Source: Ylistrum balloti (lineage: Eukaryota). Taken from it: a stretch of DNA of 64,000 bases. A program made the position numbers and the translations under genes. This document shows, piece by piece, positions 25,201-39,205 of the stretch (positions within the stretch are counted from its first letter, which is position 1; the number at the start of each line of letters is the position of its first letter). The stretch is from contig NW_026782104.1 of the NCBI RefSeq assembly GCF_031769215.1, forward strand, positions 310,001 to 374,000, read 5' to 3'. The notes beneath the pieces were generated by a model. It ran no database searches, was not told the origin of the DNA, and saw nothing but the letters and a program-made list of their open reading frames with translations.

Positions 25201-28200
25201 CCATCATAGATTCTGTATAGAGAAGGTGGGAGGGGAGAGTGACGCTTGACATGAGATAGTTATATACCTTGGCGCTGGTCACCGTTTCTCCTCTCAAATA
25301 CCGCATCAGCGAAATGCTGGCGGTATAATACGGTATTGCATTGCAATATATATCAATAGCATTTTACGCAGTCCTGCTTCTGAGGAAATTTCCAGCTCTT
25401 TTAATTTAAATGGAAAAAGAGACATATTATCTTAATTAACGTTCATATTTATATAGCTTCCTGAGTGCCATATTCCGTGCAAAATTATTACATTAAAATA
25501 GTATTTTACTGCAGACAATGCAGTCGGTTTTCTTTAACATAATCATAACGGTATGATTTTAATAATTCCGTATTTTCTTGCCCATTGCAGGGTTCTGACA
25601 TACCACAAGGTAACCGCTATTTAGTATTTATTTTTCCCACTGGTGTCGGTTTGAAATATTGCTAATTAATTGGATTTCATTACCGAGGGAAACTATTATT
25701 CAATAAACAAAAAAACAGTTTCTGTATCAAAACCTAGAACGTTCATGCTTCAGTTGAAACGGCCAGTGAAACAAACTCATAAACCTGATTTTGATGTCCC
25801 TTGCTAGCTATGCGGTAGAGTGCATAATTGTAAGTTTGTAATTGCGTCTAATTTACTTCGATTTTATATCTCATGTGACGATATTAGAACATTTCCTTAT
25901 GACCATTGTCCTAGATTTGTGGCATTGAAGAACCACAAAACTACGCTATAAAAACAAAATCGATAATAGCTATAATTTTAGTAATATTTCAGTATTAATT
26001 AATTTTAGTTATAGGATTCATTTTAATAATATTCATCAAAGAAAATTGCATATCAATGGATTTCACGTACAGAAACTTAACAAGTCGGTTGAAAGTTGTG
26101 TCAAATACTTCTAAACTAAATCTGATAGTATGTGTTGTACATTTATCTATCTATATGTCTATGTTAAGCAAACATCTTTTGACGATTTACAAATTATATC
26201 AGTCTTTAGTAAACAAGAAAACTATTTAAAACATAACATATCATGAAATTTGTAGTTTGTAGTTATAGATAGTTCAAGGTAAATAAACAAGAGATACATC
26301 AAACACTAGGGTCATCTTAAATCAAAAGAATATAAATTCGATTGCGATTTGTTTAGGAATAATTTGAAATAAAAGAAATAAAATAGTATAAAAAAGTAAT
26401 TTCATATGTCTATTCTAAACCATCCTTAAAATGATATGTTTTCTTGTATATTTAAAAACTATTACTTGAGCACAGTATCTAAATACCGGAAACACCTTTT
26501 AAATATTAAACAAGCTATTATTTGTACATAAAACAAATACTACTTAATACAAGAAAAGTCCAACACAACCCACAGAAGAAGGCTGAAATAATTACAGAGT
26601 CTAATATCATTGCATATCATTTTAACGAAATTAGTTGATGTAAGTATAACAAATCTTAATATTGCGATTGTAAATGTAATTATGTTTGATGTTACACTCG
26701 TAAGGATGTTCATAACATTTTATACTGCTCTCATATGCTATTACATAATAGTTTTTAATTGTATTTGGAAATGATTACTTCGAGGTTGGTACATTTAGAC
26801 AGAGTATCAACGATATCGGTGAAATATGCCAGCAGATATGGTTCATTGGTAAATATACTAGCTTGATTAACGGACGATGACATACCATGTTGAAAAATAT
26901 TGAGGGCAACAGTCTCAAAGTTTTATATTCCATCCCGGGCAATTCCGAATTATTAGATAAATAATTGTTCTTAGATATCTGTAAACAAATATCTTACCTC
27001 GAAAGGTCGAAATAAAAATATAACTTAAACAGAATTCAGTCCATTCCATATGCCGCTGTTCTACAGTATATTGTGACACTTCGCAATGGAAACAGCAATT
27101 CAGAGACACATAGGAGTTGTAATGACAATACCTTATAAATACGTTATTCTTCAATTGATAAATTTGTGTTAAAACTCTTTATGATAATAAACATGCTTAA
27201 TAAGATTGATTTTCATTTTCTCATCTGTTTAAGACAACATTACAGCGATTTCAAACAGGTAAAAACATCACATATCGCAGAATGATTCCCGTTGAGAAAA
27301 TAATTTGTAAACACAATGAAAAAATTTTCATTGAATGTTGTGTCGAAATGATTTGTCTTTATTTAACTCATTCTATAAGTATATCATTACATTGCATGGT
27401 TTTTGTCCTCTCTCCTTTTTAAAACTCAATATGTGTTTATTCTTTGTGGTTGGTCCTCATTCGAACCTTCTAAATCCATGTTGCTTGGAATATATATCGT
27501 ATCAGGAAACGACAATGTTGTTAATGTAATCATTTTGTAAATTCTTGCTTCTATTTTGTTTCCTGTTATTGTCACTTACTTAATCAGCTATATAATAACT
27601 AAAGATAAATAAAATATAGTGTAGTCCATTAACACCTAGTCGATGCATTAGGAGCATTCATTCAAGAATTAAAGATGAAAGCGACTATCAACACACACAT
27701 ATATATATACATTAAAATACACTGAAATTAGTTTAATTTGCTGACTCAAATAAGTTACTTAATTCATGTGAATTAATGAATACCTAAAAGGGTCATTAAA
27801 TTAATTAATAATTAGTCTAATTAGAAGACATAAACTCATGTTTATGGAACAGATGTATATAAAGGTATAGTTTTTCAAGACATACATTAACTACATGACT
27901 GACCTTTAATCTTGAAATTACCTTCTTTTTTAAAACAGATTAATGTCATTTACAAAAAATTCTTAAAAGGACGAACCAACTGTATTATGCCGTGTTATTC
28001 TTTTTTGGCTTTACTGTATCTAATTCTAAATTTGTATTAAAAGATACTATTTACTTTTTTCCTCATTTTGAAACTTTTGAAAACTAAAAGGTAATTTTGC
28101 AGTATGCGTTTACATTCATGCATAGGCTACCAATATTTACATTCTACTTTTATTTTAAAAGAGTACAATTTATACATATCAACCATTATTCCAAAAACAA

Positions 28201-28382
28201 AGTTTAATCATTTTTATTCAAATGCTATTTAAGCATAAAATCTAAATGTTCTGCTCATCGCTAAACAGTGAAAACAGAACTTAATACATTATATATGGTC
28301 TCTAAGTATCAACATAACATTGTCTATCTTTGGTAGATAACAAGTCAAATGAAAATGCGGAAGTAAAGTACTTTATTGGAAC

Positions 28383-28394
28383 TGCGCATGCGCG
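28383..28394. promoter_or_regulatory. NRF1-like palindromic motif TGCGCATGCGCG
   Basis: Matches the GCGCATGCGC NRF1 consensus in an otherwise very AT-rich context. No associated gene seen. Confidence 0.15.
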
Positions 28395-31300
28395 TGCGAT
28401 CGGTCGATATATATATTTATATAACATATATGTAAATATATCACAGAGAATTTTTTATAAAGACTCCTCCGTTGTTAACATATATTTTCTTTCCACAAAG
28501 ACGTTGAAAATGAAAACATAGAACTGTATCCTGATTCTTTGTCAGCGGGAATATTAGTCTACAGCAACCAATTCATTAGTGGTTACAGCTTCATGGATAT
28601 GGAATCAAATTCAAATATTAAATATATGACATTTCCTGCTTCCAATGTAAGAATGACTACTGATGCATTTTATAGATTTATTAATTAATAGAAAATGCAT
28701 ACATGATATATTTCTAATGGCTAGAAGTAATTAAATTTAAGCACGAAACACAATGATCACAGTTTTCAGAGAAAAAGTATAAGAGAAAATATCATTAGTG
28801 GTAAGAAAACAATTTGAATTATTTTATAACATTTAAAAATTCTCATTTAAGGAACTCCATTAGTTTTTTGTGGTGTGGTAGCTTGTAATTTTCCGAACAA
28901 ATAATTAAGTCTTATTTCCTTGCTGAATCAGAAAGTTTTTTTGCCGAGGGCAACGCAACAGTTAGTTAGGGTTCAACCTTCACCATAAAAGAGAAAAAAA
29001 AAATGTATCTATATGAGAAGCTACACTAACGGTAAGTGAAGTACAAGCGGATAGATGATACTAACACAGGACGAAGACCATCTGTACACCGTGTCGTTCA
29101 TGTAACATCGGTTAAAACTATTGGGCGGTAAAAGGGTTCCTGATACGGCGTATAGCAAACACGCATAGTAAAATGATCCTAAAAATGATCAAAGGGGAAT
29201 TATTTACATAAATTCAATAAATTATGTGAATATCAAGACTTTTTCCTGACTTTGCAATATTTGTCATCAAATATCTCCAGATGCCTTACCATTCTAGATA
29301 TGTTTGTTAATGAATACATTTATCAAAAGCAACGGTATCAATTTTTGTTTTGTAATTGTTGACATTCAAAATTTTTGGTTACATGATAATACCGGAATTC
29401 CATGCGTCATTATACAGGCCACATAGGGTATCATAGTAAACATTTTACATGTGCTTCTGTCAGATACAAAATTTGCAACCAACCAACTGATATTTTTTGA
29501 GCTAATATCTAATGAGCCTGCTTAGAAAGCTTTGATTTTTAAATAAAACCTGATAGACTTCTAGAATCCAAAATATGGACGTAGAGTGATTTTGATAGAG
29601 TTTATCAATGAACAATTCCAAAATTTGTACTTGTTGATTTATTTGCTATTTAGAGAGAAAAATATCCAAAACCTAAAAAAAAAAGAGAAAGAAAAAAAGA
29701 AACATCTTGATCTGAAAGGTATTGAAACAAATATTATTTTTTAAGAAACAAATACTAAATTTTTTTCAAAAAGTCTACAACTATGATCAAATTCGAATAT
29801 CATTCAGGATTGTGATAAAGCTGATTCACTCAGCATCCTTACAGACACAACACAACAGTAACATATACATGTATAACATAAGCCTCGCCAGCCCTCGGAA
29901 TTTTCTCATGAATCCTAGAGCATAAAAATAATACTGAATGATGTCCATATCCATGGCGCACACTGCAAACGACGGAAAGAAACAACGGTTTAGGGATTAT
30001 TGTGTTTTCGGTATTTTATCAACTTCCTGTATTTTCTCTAAGGAAGTTTCTTGATGGTTTGATTCAAAGAACAGTTTGGATCGGTATCTAAAGCCCCTAG
30101 AAGCCCATCGTTTACACGGTATAGGTATATCAAAAACATCATCTGTACATGCACCAGTCCTTTTTACAATGGCGCCGACTAAACCTTGTATGATTCAATA
30201 TTGGTCTGGGATAGATAAGAATGTAAATCGGGACACGTGCACCCGTCAATCAAGACACGATTTTCCCGACTGGTCGCTCACAGAAACTTCATAATTCTAC
30301 TTTACCAGCCCTGCCTCTTCTAGCTACTATAAGGAAATCGTGACAGGACGTTGATAGAAGACTTCATGATCTGTGGTGGAAAGTATAAAGAATGGTCTCG
30401 TTTTAGTACCAAACCCCGGGTGTCACTCATTCATCATTTATACTTGGTATGGATAAAGACATCGCACCTGGCTTGATTGATTTAAGTTCTAATGCTCGGT
30501 TGGATTTCCGCGTGGAACATAATTATAACGATGTGTGTTGTGGTGGAACTTTTCTACACAGTTAGTGGATACTTTCGAAAACTGGAAACATTTCGACATT
30601 ATCATCACTTGTTTAGCTTAATAAATCATTGCTTGTATGTTATCAACCCAACAGTTATTTTTATGCATGACGTCTTTCTTTCCTGCTGTGATAGTTGGTA
30701 TAGTTCTGATTATCTGGTATGGTAACTGTGTTTACCATTACTGTATAATATATATATGATAACGCGCAAATTGATCTAAATAAAAAGAGCAGTAAAATAT
30801 AGGTCTAGTTTAAACGATGGAAATTGCAGTTGGGTGGAAATGTCTCAAATATGTCCTGCTCTGCAACCGATTTAAATGGCGCGTGGTCAAATAATTATCA
30901 CATTAAATTTATTCCGTAGTTTTGTTTTATTTATAAGGTTTATGGTAGCCGAAAAGACTTAAAGACATACTACAGTTGTTAACTGATGATGATTACCTGT
31001 AACAAAACATAAACGTTTAAGATACGACACCCAGCTATATGATATAGCAAATAACGATCACGAATGTTCAAATATTGATTTGAAGATGATAGGAACTATA
31101 AAAAGGCATATAAATTATCGTTTGTAGAATTATAAACAATGGCAAGGTCAGTTGAAGAACATTATAGAATAATGAGAGCAGAATCAAAAACACTTAATGA
31201 TTTTTTTATTGTTTAAAAGCCGAAAACAGCAAACTGTCCTGGGATTATCAAAATTCTCAGAATACATACCATGCTCTCAAATGACATTTGATTTAGTATA

Positions 31301-33609
31301 TAAAAATAACAGAAATAAACATGGATTAATTCTAACGTTGGAGGTCCTGAGACCGTACAAGGTAGTCCAACTGTCCTGGGAACATTTGTAAAGAAAGGGG
31401 AGGCTGAGGTCAGGGAACCTAAAGTTAGTTGCCCTTCGTGGGCACTGTTTTTTGTTTTTAGTTTTGAGGTCAAAATATTGAATGGTGGTAGAGTGGTCAT
31501 ATCTATGTTCCCATAACTCCTAACAATCTGGTTAAAATTTGAACCAGTTAAAACAAACACAGATTAACCTTTAGGTCAGGGGTCCTGAGAGCAGACATAT
31601 ACGGGTGAACGACTTGTCTTATTCTTGTTGTGGCACAAGCTCTGCGTGTATCGCCAATATTGTATGTTTTCTTGCGTAAATGAGTGCCTGGCGAGGTTGG
31701 TGTTTACTCATCCGCTAGAATGGTAACTCCCCGTGGTGTGGACACTGCAGTTGATAAACATTTCAAAACTTGACATTAAGCACTATGTAATACCCCAATT
31801 TCTGTAGTGCTATCTTACGTGAGATCTGTAAGTTTGACGTCCTAGTCTTGTGTTCCATTTTTATTTACTTGTCCGCCCATATCAAGTCATGACAATAACC
31901 GTTGGACAGCCTTTTGATTTGTGTTGCAAAACGTTCAGTATGGCGTTCTTATCTTCCTTTGATTAAAAGCCTACAAATCTTATGACTACCATATCCATTA
32001 ATAAAAGTTCTATTAAAATTATGAGAGAGAAAAGTTATCAGCATCTGATGTCGGCGACAGATGCGAGGCATGAACGTAGAAATATTAGTCTTAAGCGTTT
32101 TTCATGAGCAGGATCTTCCAGTGTAGGAACTGTATCAAAGATATCAGGCTTAACTTCAAACAGCACGCTCAGCCATGGTCAAGTGCTTTCGAAAACCGAT
32201 CACCGGATAGGAATGTAAAGAGATGGACCCAGTATTGATAGATCAGAAAACGGTATTTGTACGCAATGTAATTATATTACCAACAGAAATGTTAGTGATA
32301 CTGCTTCATTTAACGCAGCCTCCCGTCAGCCTATCACGGCCATCTCTCGTAATATAGGGATATTGTGGGGATGAGTGGCGAAACATCTGAGTACTTTGCA
32401 ATAATTGGAAAAAAAATGGAAAATTGAAAATTATTTTCTGTAAAAGATTTCAAACTTTCAACTTGTGTGCGAAAAACATCCACGTTCATAACAACGACTG
32501 GCAATATGTGTACGTACCTTATTAGAGATTCTATTTCTGGAAGCGTGGACAAAATATGATCAGAATGACAAAAGCATGTTAACAGAGATTTGGAAATAAA
32601 AGACAATGACTGTGTCATTTCATTTCTTGCTATTTTGAATAAACAGAGTTTAAAACATTCGTTACTGATTATATTTGGTAAAGCAGAATTAAGAGTGAGT
32701 GTCATTTCTTACAGAATGTCACATGAAGCCAACACATAGCCATTGCATAAGCAAATATTGTTATAATTCGAACACGGAGAGAGTGCAAGTAAGCAATACT
32801 AGTGGAGAAAATGTTGGTTTCACACAATTATTGTTTAGCAATATTGCAGAAAACATATTAGTTAAAATTCTGTAAGACAGCGGGAATGAAGAACACGCTA
32901 ATTTCATCCTTAATAGTTGACATTCCATAAAAAAATGTAAATAAAGAGTTTAGCATTAGTCTAACAGAATAAGAACATGTTTACATAAAGGACGATACAT
33001 TGATGCCAATTAATTTCTGTTAGTCGTTTTGATTATATTTATTATATAGATAAAATGTAATGAAAAACAACTCATGAACAAAGACATGTGTAAAACTACA
33101 AAGAGTACTATTATGCTAAACACCAAATCTGATAAAAGATATTAACAAAAAAGTATGCACTTTGCTTTGTTTATATTTGTTTATCTTTGAATAGGGTCAA
33201 AAACAATACTGGTTTTAGATATTTTTCATGCTTAGTACTTAATTGGCAGTTGTACCATGAATATCTAATTCAACCTTTAACAAGTTTGAATTAAATACAT
33301 TTTGCATATAAAGTGCAGTATCAAAACAAACAATGCTCGTTACGCTATGTAAGGCAAGGCATTTTTATAGAAATTCGGATGTTTAGGAAGATCAAATTTC
33401 ATGCGCACTTCACTTTATCTGACCCCAGTTAGGCATGATCAAGTCGGTCTATTATTATATCGATATAATTGTAATCAGTTTAGATATACCTGTCACCAGA
33501 AGATAGATTCGAGGAATATTAAAATGTAATAGAATCCGATGAAGCATCTGTGTACATTATGGTAGATTGTCGTCCATATCACTACCCGTGCGTTACGGTA
33601 ACACCTCTC

Positions 33610-33870
33610 TAGTGTAGTGGTCAGTTGGCTGAAAAACACGTTCGGTAACTCCATATGGCCCTATCTTAATGTTACTTGGTGATGAATGTACACTAATCTA
33701 TTGATAACTCCCTATTGCATAGAAGTGGTCAGTAAATTTAGCGGTAATTAGATCACGATAAGAGACGCGCCACACTGACCAGTGACGTCCAAGTAGTTTT
33801 GTGTTGGTCGCTGACTACAATTATGTCCGGTATGAATGGGTGGTTGTCTCCCGGTTTCTCCGACCTTTGA
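33610..33870 (+). mobile_element. Possible very degenerate SINE relic
   Basis: A-box-like TAGTGTAGTGG at 33610, weak B-box-like GTTCGG at 33640 (spacing short), and core-like GGTGGTTGTCTCCCGGTTTCTCC near 33840. Confidence 0.2.
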
Positions 33871-36800
33871 CACAAGGCCCTCTGGGAACTATGAGTAATT
33901 CTGAACCTCTTTATTTAAGAATACAGCTAACCAATGTGTCTATTCAATTAGTGAATTTTAAGAAAAGTCAACGGTAGATCGAGGTCAAAATTGTGTTTCA
34001 AGCCTAAAATTGAATATAAAATTGAAAACGGTCCGTAGACAGTTCATTCGTCCGACTGTCAAACGCTATACGAAAGGAAGGCTCCATATTAAAGTGTATG
34101 GAATTAAACAAAAAACGTCAGGAATATTGGTTGTTCACACGTACGGAAATAATTTACTAAAACATTTAATATAGTTTCAAAAGTCGCTTTGGGTATTTTG
34201 TATTATCATATATTATAATGGTTTCCCATTAATATGTTAATGATATTAAATCACCCACATGAGAAATGCCGAATGGTTAAAACAATAAATGTTTTGTCCT
34301 CAAAACTATAAATGTAGTTTCAAAGTCTTCTATCCCGTTTTGTTACATGCATAACAACCATCAGAGTTGGTAAGTATTGATTGGTTCTGCTTCACGTTAA
34401 TTATTGGCTTTCCGATAAAATTTAAAATTGTGTTTGAAAACAAAAAAAAAGTGTTTGTGTGGCACAGTGCTTTATAGCAAAATAAACTTGGAAAACAAAT
34501 AGTTGTCAGTCGTTAACCTTATCCGCCAACACATATCCGTAAAGTTACATTCGCTCAAACCACAATACTACTGATACAAAAAAATGGGCTGTTTCACCGA
34601 CAAATGTGCAACGAAATCAAACCAAGATCGCGAAGAAACATGAATATCCCATCTTTTGTCATGACAACATAATCATAAAAGTGTTGAAATTCTGAAGTGG
34701 TTGAGTAATGACAGAAGCTAATTCCACTTATAATAAGTTTCACACGTTTCAAAATAAATGTATTATGGTGAAGTTTAGAGAACCATTAGGTGTTCTCTTA
34801 AAGTATTCAACGACAGAAAACCAGCCGACAAAAGATGCTCATAATTTTTGTACTGAATATGTAAACTATCTTACACCCGAAACTTGTCACATGACCTACG
34901 TTTGGCGCCTTCCTGGCTGCATATGTTGTAGGGACAATACCAGAACGCCTCCCTGTTGAATATTTCATAAATTCAAAATTACACTCTGACTTAGAATTTA
35001 TTTATGATTTTGGTAACAAACGCCTTTAGGAAAGTTGAGGTGAATTACATTCTATTCATTTTCTTCACCAGTAAAGCTATTCAGAATGTAGACGATTTCT
35101 ATTGATTTTAAGGCTGTATTGTTGCTAGCAAAGTATGCCCACAATTACATTACAGAAGAAGTTTATATTTTTTTCATTCTAAATATTGTTCCTGAATGTA
35201 TTCTTGCCTACTGATATTTTACATATATTACATATACATTAAGAAGAATGTGAGTTCATCACCAGACCCTGCCTTATTCCTCTCGTTTAAGGTGGAAAGT
35301 TGACTAGACTATATCTACGTACATCGATAAATGATTTATTTCTTTAAATTTTACTATTTTACTATGTGGTATAAAGAACCCAATAAAGATGGAATCTGTA
35401 GTTGTCTTGCTGAGATGCATGTGTAAGTATTTTGATGATGAAGGCTTGTACCCTTTTCCTACCACTGTTTTACAGCTTTATGCTCGTGTTTAGCTCATTG
35501 TCGCAGCACTTTATTTTGCGTTGGGAACGATTTGGCTTTTAATATTACTAATTGTCCCTCTTTCCTTGATATTTATTAATTGAAGAAGGTATGTTAATGT
35601 TTGACATAGTCTTTTCGTGTCGTTCTACGTTTCAACATTCAACCTCGTATGTACGTGTGTTTAAACTGTCTGTTTATTTTTCACTCGGATAAGAATACTG
35701 TTTACAGAATTTCTAATAGAAAATAGAGTTTGATTTGCAGTGACAAAATGGTTTCTCATTCAAATATTGTTGTATTAAAGATATAAAATGTGCGATATTT
35801 GTTATTATCATCTGTTGTCTGAGTTTTGTAGTTCGCAAATTGATATTTTGAATACACACTTCATTTCTGCTAATCCTTTGTACACATGGTCTTCTTCTCC
35901 TTTGCCTTTTTGAGGAGTCTCCATATAAATCTTGTGTTCATATTTTACCATAGATTTATCGAACTTGAGTTTGGACTATGTTCACATATTGGTACTTTCT
36001 TGTTGTTTTGGTCATAGCTGAGAATGTACTACAAGAATATTTAGTTTAATTCATTCATTCTGTTATTCCATCGTCTACATTCAGTGTAAGTTACGTCACC
36101 TCTATTTGTCCATTTCTATACTGTTAGAGAAAATAACTTTTCATTGTTGTTACAACGTGACATTAATCAAAAAGTTATTTACTCAAGATTTCACCTTTTC
36201 ATAGAAAAAAATGAGAAAGAAACAAAATGCATAAATCAAAAAGTGTTTCATAGTTGATTGGGGATAGCAATCTTTCATTGACATAAAAAAAAGTAAAGCA
36301 GAGGCTATTTTCTCCTAGCATCTGATATCTTTGCGTATTTGCATTGCTGGTAGGCTGGGATTGACGTTATCGGCCGGGGCTAATTCACCTGCCGCAAGGC
36401 AGCACTCATCGTTAAGGCTTGGACATCTAACTGTTGAAGCAAATAGCTTAGTGTGTTTATTTGCATATTTGATCAGTATAAGATTTACATGATGTACATC
36501 TGTAATTTGAGACACTTTGCAAATCGGCTCCTATTTTGTTCCATTAGAGTGAATTACGTTGCCAACAATAAAGGTTGAAATGAGTGCATGTTATAATACT
36601 TCTCTCTTTACGGAAACAATTTCCAATATTCTGTAACCTGCTATGGAAAATATTAAGCAAAAATTGGTCGGGATCGGAGTTTCAAATGATAAATGATTGG
36701 TATAAATGGCTTTAGGATTGGTATAGAATATTAATATCATCATACACGAAAAAAGTTATGATATCACATCGACATACACATATGCATATGTAGTATTTAT

Positions 36801-39082
36801 CATATCAAGAAGAGAAATATAGAATTATAGTACATGCTTTTGGGAATGATGTGGTATGGGAAAATTTTATTGTATAATTTATTGCAATACGAAAGAGGTG
36901 ATGTTTACAAATAAAACTGACTAGTAAATAAAGAGCATTGCAACCGTCATCATGCCATGCTTTTGCCTGAAGCATTTGTGGACTAAAAAGACGCACGCAC
37001 ATTGGATTTTAGGATGTGTGTCAATAGAATGGAGCAAAACAATAAAAGAACATTAGATTGACACGATGTCGATAAAATTACTTGGGATAACATACACCTT
37101 TCCTCTAGGATGAAAGCAACTGATTATGTTGACTGCTGGTGCCACGGGCCTGCTCGTGCGGAGTAGGGAGTAGGGAACACGACCCTCCTCCCAGGGACGA
37201 GCTAGTGTAGCAAGCCTCCCTCCCGGCACTACACGGTATAACGGAATACTCCCTGCTATCATTACACCCATTAATAAGATAGACTTCAGTGAAAATCTAT
37301 ATTGCGTGTTATTTTTTAAAATGCCATTACGAGAATGTGTACTGGAGGGTAACCATGTGTAGCCTTGGGGTAGAATGGAGATTTTGTCAGCCTGCTCTTA
37401 TCGGGCTTTACCATCACTTAAATATATTTAATGCAGGAAATCTGTTCATTTGTAATGCAAAATGCTGAATGAAGATACATTTAGATGTCATCGTTAATAC
37501 AACCCAAGTACCCTGTAATATTAAATGGAAAAACATATCTGGCATATTGCTTGTATCACTTGATTTCACGCAAATTGTCGTATATCATTGATAGAAGACT
37601 TCAATTAGGACTGTACTCTGATTTTAGGAAGGTCGTAAAATTCCAAAGTAATGTTCCCATATAACTTGATAAGACACTTATACAACCAGTAGACCTACGA
37701 TATCATTTTGAAAAAAAAATCAAATTAAATAATAAAAGAGAAATTTAAGGAATGAAATTAAAATCTAGACTTTATGGTGTTCCATGATGGTTGGAATCGA
37801 AGTTGTTTATTGTGATGTGTATTCGTCAATATTTCTCAGTCATGAAAGTAACACAATACTGAAATAAAAGTAAGAACATTACGTTACCGTTATTATGGTA
37901 TCTGTACAGCAAATAAAAAAACATATCTTTCAACATTGATATAAGATATTTCTCTATTCACATAAATGCGTTCTTGTCATTCAATGGGAGCAAATAGAAT
38001 ATCCATGGTATTTTATTTCATATATTTTGCTACATATGTATGTAATGTTTCATAGCAAAGATACGAGAAAAAAACAGCATTACCGAAAGAAGTACTTCAT
38101 ACATATGAATGACGTTGTACTTCATCTAACTCTACGAGAAAGTAGAACTATTTGCAGTGATATGCTCATCTGTGCACGTATGAAGTAATAATTCGGATAT
38201 ATCATTGTATGTCATGAATAATTTAATTGAAACGTCGTAATTTCTATCATTATACGCTATAGGTTTAAAAGTCTGAACATTAATATTTTATTGGTAAGCA
38301 ATGAATTTATCTTCCCAATTAGTAAGATGCTTTAAATTTTTTATCCTCTCTGTATTGGAATATCTACAAACGCAACAATATATTATAAATGAGAAGTTAC
38401 ATTAGTGAATCTTGTTTTGTGATAAAAGACAATTATAGCTATAACGAAACAGTACTTACATGGAATAAAAACAACAATAAAACGGGTTCAAAACGGGAGC
38501 TAAAATTCATTGTAGGAAACAAAATGTATATGTCAGTGATAGAATTAAGCATCGTTCGGACGCAGGTCCATTGTCTCAGGGACGAAGCCAATTAACTCAG
38601 CGTCCCACAAATTTAATTTTATTGTCAAATTTCTTTTTGGATAATGCTTTTCCTGGGTATGGAATCGTCTGCCATTGAATCGACAGGAGGTTTCCTGTCA
38701 AAGATAAGGTAGTTTGCATGTATAAATGTGTTTGTTGCGAAGGAATTATGAAAGCGGTTAAAATTCCACGTTCCGCGTTTATCATTTATATATTTGTTAT
38801 CAGGGCTCATGTGAATTAGATAGGATATCTGATGTTTTCCAGATCTCAGCTCTGTTACACGAGCGATAGCTTGGTATCGTTACCATCAACAGTGTTTAAT
38901 ATTGCATTTGGGTCCAGGGTCTAATCGGCCCGAGCTTCTGATCCTTGAACCAACATTGACAAATAGGGGAAGACAGGTCCATTATGTGTAGGGTGGTACG
39001 GGGGACTGCCTAGCCCAGTCCTTCCCATGTCGCCTTTGTATTCCTATTGTGTCCCCGTCCATCATGTTTAGTGATTCTGTTC

Positions 39083-39205
39083 GAACTTTCTTTCGGTGAA
39101 TTATTCTATTGGCGCCCGGATGGAAGCAGTAAGAGAGTATGCTATATCAAATGACAGTTGAACGACTTTGATCTACTCGAGAACCTGCTCTGATCTACAG
39201 TGTAA
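39083..39205 (+). mobile_element. Degraded Penelope-like RT C-terminal fragment
   Basis: GAACTTTCTTTC...GGCGCCCGGATGGA...GAGTATGCTATATC...ACAGTTGAACGA...TACTCGAGAACCTGCTCTGATCTACAGTG tracks, with indels, the coding sequence expected for the 'NFPFL.SNIP..PAYGVYISQLIRYSRACS' motif of invertebrate PLE RTs (recalled). Confidence 0.35.

Noticed and set aside
31213-31560. 115-aa minus-strand ORF (also the 100-132 aa ORFs elsewhere, taken as stand-alone genes)
   Set aside because: No recognisable domain; a handful of ORFs this long is roughly what chance gives over six frames of 64 kb (rough estimate).
36315-36515. Possible 42-nt mini-exon or defensin-like CPSLNDECC peptide
   Set aside because: Weak donor, cysteine spacing does not match defensins, and there are no partner exons.
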